From the NCBI GenBank assembly GCA_043800755.1, contig JAZDMQ010000058.1, forward strand, positions 1-36,339: 36,339 nt of DNA, given 5' to 3'. The translations under genes and the position numbers were made by a program. Shown here piece after piece: positions 32,577-36,339 of this stretch. Every line of letters starts with the position of its first letter. Within the stretch, counting starts at the first letter, position 1. This DNA comes from a bacterium. Its GTDB lineage: Bacteria; Methylomirabilota; Methylomirabilia; CAVQYV01. Below the pieces are notes generated by a model. That model had not been told where the DNA came from. It did not search any database and saw nothing but the letters and a program-made list of their open reading frames with translations.

Positions 32577-33074
32577 ATGATGACCATCAAAGGAAGGGCC
32601 CTGAAATTCGGAGACAATGTCAACACCGATGTGATCATCCCAGCCCGTTATCTCAATACCTCTGATCCTTCAGAGCTCGCGGCCCACTGCATGGAGGACC
32701 TTGATCCGACCTTTGTCGAACGGGTGGAGAGGGGAGATATCGTCGTGGGTGGCCGGAATTTCGGATGCGGATCCTCCCGCGAGCACGCCCCGATTGCCCT
32801 GAAGGCAGCCGGGGTGTCCTGCATTATCGCCAAGAGTTTTGCCCGCATCTTTTTTCGCAACGCCTTGAATATAGGCCTCCCTATCCTCGAATGCCCCGAG
32901 GCGGTGAATTCCATTCAGGAGGGGGATAAGATCGAGATAGAGCTGAACTCAGGCTGGATAAAGGATCTCTCCTCGAGGAAGGCCTTCAGTGCCCAACCCT
33001 TTCCGCCCTTCATGCAAGACTTAATCGCCGAGGGAGGGCTGCTGGCCTATGCCTCCAAGAGAGGAGGGAAATGA
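32577..33074 (+). CDS. leuD: 3-isopropylmalate dehydratase small subunit
   Basis: [38 protein letters not shown]. Confidence 0.95.
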   Translation: MMTIKGRALKFGDNVNTDVIIPARYLNTSDPSELAAHCMEDLDPTFVERVERGDIVVGGRNFGCGSSREHAPIALKAAGVSCIIAKSFARIFFRNALNIGLPILECPEAVNSIQEGDKIEIELNSGWIKDLSSRKAFSAQPFPPFMQDLIAEGGLLAYASKRGGK

Positions 33075-33146
33075 GAGTCCCCGTCTCCCTCGATCCCGCT
33101 CCGGGGGGCGGTGGGCATCCTCATCCTAATTCGAAGGAGTTATACC

Positions 33147-34214
33147 ATGTATAAGATCGCCGTGCTGCCTGGTGATGGCATCGGTCAGGAGGTCGCTAGG
33201 GAGGCCGTAAAGATCCTCGGTATCCTTTCAGGTCAACAAGGACACGAATTTCAACATCAACAAGCCTTGGTGGGAGGAGCGGCCGTCGATGCTGTGGGAG
33301 AGCCACTTCCAGAGGAGACGGTCCAGCTTTGCCGAGGAAGCGATGCCATCCTGTTTGGGGCAATTGGCGGTTGGAAATGGGAGGCCCTCGATTATTCCAT
33401 CCGTCCGGAACGGGCGATTTTGGGGCTGAGACAGAAGCTGGGCCTTTACGCCAATCTTCGCCCGGTCAAACTTTTGGATCCCCTGATCGACGCCTCTCCC
33501 CTTAAACCAGGAGTCATCCGCGGGTTAGATCTGGTGGTGGTTCGTGAGCTGCTGGGTGATCTCTATTACGGTAAGCCGAGAGGAGTGGAGGTCATTCCCG
33601 GGGGAAAGCGAGGCACCAACACCATGACCTACACCACGGAAGAGGTCCGCCGCATTGCCATCGTCGCCTTCGATCTGGCGAGAAAGCGGCGCAAAACCGT
33701 TACTTCGGTGGACAAGGCCAATGTGCTGGAAACCAGTGAAATGTGGCGGGAGGTAGTGAGTGAGGTAGGAAGAGATTATCCCGATGTTCAATTGAATCAC
33801 CTCTATGTGGATAACTGCGCCATGCAGCTGATCCGCAATCCAAAGGCATTTGATGTACTGGTCACCTCCAACATGTTCGGAGACATCCTGAGCGATGAAG
33901 CCTCGATGCTGACTGGCTCCATTGGTATGCTTCCCTCTGCCAGCCTCGGTGGAAAGATAGCCCTGTATGAGCCCATTCATGGTAGCGCCCCGGATATTGC
34001 GGGACAGAATAAGGCTAACCCCATCGCCATGATCCTCTCCGTGGCCATGATGCTCCGTTATTCCTTCGATTTGCCGAAGGAGGCCGAGAGGGTGGAGAGG
34101 GCAATCGTTTCCGTATTGGTTGAAGGCTATCGCACCGAGGATATTAGACAAGAGGGAACGAAACTGGTGAGTACCAGCGAGATGGGCGACCTGATCGCCC
34201 GTCATCTTCTATGA
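33147..34214 (+). CDS. leuB: 3-isopropylmalate dehydrogenase
   Basis: [48 protein letters not shown] at 33147 follows GAAGGAG. Confidence 0.97.
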   Translation: MYKIAVLPGDGIGQEVAREAVKILGILSGQQGHEFQHQQALVGGAAVDAVGEPLPEETVQLCRGSDAILFGAIGGWKWEALDYSIRPERAILGLRQKLGLYANLRPVKLLDPLIDASPLKPGVIRGLDLVVVRELLGDLYYGKPRGVEVIPGGKRGTNTMTYTTEEVRRIAIVAFDLARKRRKTVTSVDKANVLETSEMWREVVSEVGRDYPDVQLNHLYVDNCAMQLIRNPKAFDVLVTSNMFGDILSDEASMLTGSIGMLPSASLGGKIALYEPIHGSAPDIAGQNKANPIAMILSVAMMLRYSFDLPKEAERVERAIVSVLVEGYRTEDIRQEGTKLVSTSEMGDLIARHLL

Positions 34215-34259
34215 GGCGCAATCGCTGCATAATATATCGAGAGAAGGGGGAAAGAGGTA

Positions 34260-35276
34260 ATGGCCAGTAAGGGGTGGAATGTGGCAGTGGCAGGTGCCAC
34301 CGGAGCCGTGGGTGAAGTGATGATTCGCATCCTACAGGAGAGGGAATTTCCGGTGAGAAACCTTCGCCTCTTGGCCTCGGAACGCTCCGAGGGAAAGCAA
34401 CTCGAGTTCAAGGGGGAGAAGATCAAGGTAGAAAGGATGACCCCCGACTCATTCAAGGGGATTGATATTGCCCTTTTCTCGGCGGGGGCCTCGCGGAGCA
34501 AAGAATTCTGCCCCGCAGCCGTAAAGGCAGGGGCGGTGGTGATAGATAACAGTTCCGCCTTTCGCATGGAACCGGATGTCCCCCTAGTGGTGCCGGAGGT
34601 GAACCCGGACGCAGTTCGAAGACACAAAGGGATCATTGCTAACCCCAACTGCACCACGATTGTGACCGTGGTTCCCCTGAAACCCTTGCATGACTTCGCC
34701 AGGATCAAGAGGATGATCGTCTCCACTTACCAGGCGGTCTCGGGGGCCGGGGCCCGGGCGATCGATGAGCTGCGGCGACAAGTCATGGCCTTTGCCAAGG
34801 GAGAGCAGATGGAGGTCTCCACCTTTCCCTATCAAATTGCCTTCAATGTCTTGCCCCACATCGATGCCTTCCTGGAGAATGGCTACACCAAGGAAGAGAT
34901 GAAGATGGTGAACGAAACCCGCAAGATCATGGAGGATGATAGCATTCGCATCACTGCTACCACAGTCCGGGTTCCGGTCTTTTACGCCCACTCCGTGTCG
35001 GTCAATATTGAAACGGAAAAGAAACTAACCCCCGGGATGGCCAGGGAGTTGCTATCGCGAGCGCCCGGAGTGCGGGTTCACGACGATCCGGCCAACAGGG
35101 TTTATCCCATGCCCCTTTTGGTGGCGGGGGAGGATGACTGCTTTGTGGGACGGATTCGTGAGGACGAATCCGTTGAGAACGGACTCAATCTGTGGGTGGT
35201 CGGGGACCAGCTTCGCAAGGGAGCGGCCCTCAATGCCATTCAAATTGCGGAGGCCTTGGTGAGCAGGTTCTTGTGA
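34260..35276 (+). CDS. asd: Aspartate-semialdehyde dehydrogenase
   Basis: GATGAVG, IDNSSAFRM, ANPNCTT, TYQAVSGAG, DQLRKGAALNA-QIAE. Confidence 0.97.
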   Translation: MASKGWNVAVAGATGAVGEVMIRILQEREFPVRNLRLLASERSEGKQLEFKGEKIKVERMTPDSFKGIDIALFSAGASRSKEFCPAAVKAGAVVIDNSSAFRMEPDVPLVVPEVNPDAVRRHKGIIANPNCTTIVTVVPLKPLHDFARIKRMIVSTYQAVSGAGARAIDELRRQVMAFAKGEQMEVSTFPYQIAFNVLPHIDAFLENGYTKEEMKMVNETRKIMEDDSIRITATTVRVPVFYAHSVSVNIETEKKLTPGMARELLSRAPGVRVHDDPANRVYPMPLLVAGEDDCFVGRIREDESVENGLNLWVVGDQLRKGAALNAIQIAEALVSRFL

Positions 35277-35291
35277 GACCGATTCCCATCC

Positions 35292-36029
35292 ATGCGAAAT
35301 CTTCGGATGCTCGTTGAATACGATGGGACCAATTATCATGGATGGCAGACACAGCTCGATCAAGTGACCATCCAGAGCACTATCGAAAAGAGCGTTGAGC
35401 AGATTACTCAAGAGCGGGTGAACCTGACTGGGTCGGGCAGGACCGATGCCAAGGTGCATGCCTTCGGACAGGTCGCCAATTTTCGCAGCAAGACGAATAT
35501 CGAGGCTCCTCTCTTGAAGAAAGCCCTCAATAGCCTGCTGCCTGAAGACATCGTCATCAAGAAGATGGAAGAGGCACCCTTGGAATTCGACTCCTGTATC
35601 GACGCCCTCTCTAAGACCTACCGCTATTCCATCCTCAATCGGCCAGAGCCCTGTGCGATCGGTAGGTTTTATTCCTCGCAGGTTGCGCGTCCGTTGGATG
35701 TCGAAGCCATGGAGGAGGCATCTGCCTATCTGTTGGGAGAGCATGACTTCTCTTCCTTCCGTTCCTCTTCCTGCTCCGCGCGCAATCCGATCCGCAATGT
35801 CCAACAGGCAGAATTCAGGAAGGAGAAGGATCTCATTCATTTCTACATTCAAAGCAGCGGTTTCCTTCACCACATGGTGCGGTGCATTGTGGGTACCCTG
35901 ATGGATGTGGGAAGGGGAAAGATTACGTCTTCTGACTTTCGAGGCATCCTGGAGGCCAAAGATAGGAGGTTGGCAGGCAGGACCGCTAAACCTCAGGGTC
36001 TTTGCCTCATGGAGGTGAGATATCCTTAA
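35292..36029 (+). CDS. truA: tRNA pseudouridine(38-40) synthase
   Basis: EYDGTNYHGWQ, GRTDAKVHA, GEHDFSSF, FLHHMVR-IVG. Confidence 0.96.
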   Translation: MRNLRMLVEYDGTNYHGWQTQLDQVTIQSTIEKSVEQITQERVNLTGSGRTDAKVHAFGQVANFRSKTNIEAPLLKKALNSLLPEDIVIKKMEEAPLEFDSCIDALSKTYRYSILNRPEPCAIGRFYSSQVARPLDVEAMEEASAYLLGEHDFSSFRSSSCSARNPIRNVQQAEFRKEKDLIHFYIQSSGFLHHMVRCIVGTLMDVGRGKITSSDFRGILEAKDRRLAGRTAKPQGLCLMEVRYP

Positions 36030-36075
36030 CCGGGAGTTGAACGAGTTGAAGCGACAGAAGAAGGTGGTAAAGCCG

Positions 36076-36339
36076 ATGTCTGACAAGAAGATCTTGATCG
36101 TGGACGACGATGACCTCTTCGTACAACTCCTCTCCGATACCCTCAGCTCCCATGACTACGAGGTGATCGCTGCCAGAGATGGCATGGAGGCCCTGGATAA
36201 GGTGCGGGAGGAGTTGCCCGCCTACATCTTTCTGGACCTGATCTTGCCCAAGATTGATGGCGTCCGGGTCTGCCGCTACCTGAAGGAAGACCCGCGCTAC
36301 TCCTCGATCCCGGTGATCGTGCTCACGGGCATCGCGGCC
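36076..36339 (+). CDS. Response-regulator receiver domain protein (truncated by window end)
   Basis: Manual translation MSDKKILIVDDDDLFVQLLSDTLSSHDYEVIAARDGMEALDKVREELPAYIFLDLILPKIDGVRVCRYLKEDPRYSSIPVIVLTGIAA. Acidic pocket, phospho-Asp (FLDL-LP-DG) and IPVIVLT are present. Confidence 0.92.
   Translation, partial: MSDKKILIVDDDDLFVQLLSDTLSSHDYEVIAARDGMEALDKVREELPAYIFLDLILPKIDGVRVCRYLKEDPRYSSIPVIVLTGIAA

Overview
This is a gene-dense, GC-rich bacterial chromosome segment from a diderm (it encodes Kdo and heptose LPS enzymes). The gene order resembles Desulfobacterota/Nitrospirota/NC10-like genomes; that placement is inference only. From left to right: (1) the end of a probable IS256-family element, truncated at the window edge; (2) trm112/ycaR - NAD-dependent epimerase - rfaE1 - kdsB - pyrG - kdsA - kdsD - kdsC; (3) metK - ahcY and a signal-peptide cupin; (4) a minus-strand rnc - smc - roadblock/LC7 - ftsY run, with an NrdR-box-like palindrome before smc; (5) a redox cluster of glcD-like, glcE-like, AhbD-like radical SAM/SPASM, NifU-domain, MBL hydrolase, fixC and fixX genes, with no glcF or fixAB in the window; (6) ilvD-ilvB-ilvN-ilvC-psd-pssA-leuA-leuC-leuD-leuB-asd-truA; (7) a truncated response-regulator receiver gene. 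Most of it is housekeeping. The best leads are the split-module redox cluster, the NrdR-like box before smc, a degenerate SMC hinge motif, the direct kdsC-metK junction and a structured spacer after ftsY. All family calls come from motifs recognised by eye; no database search was run.
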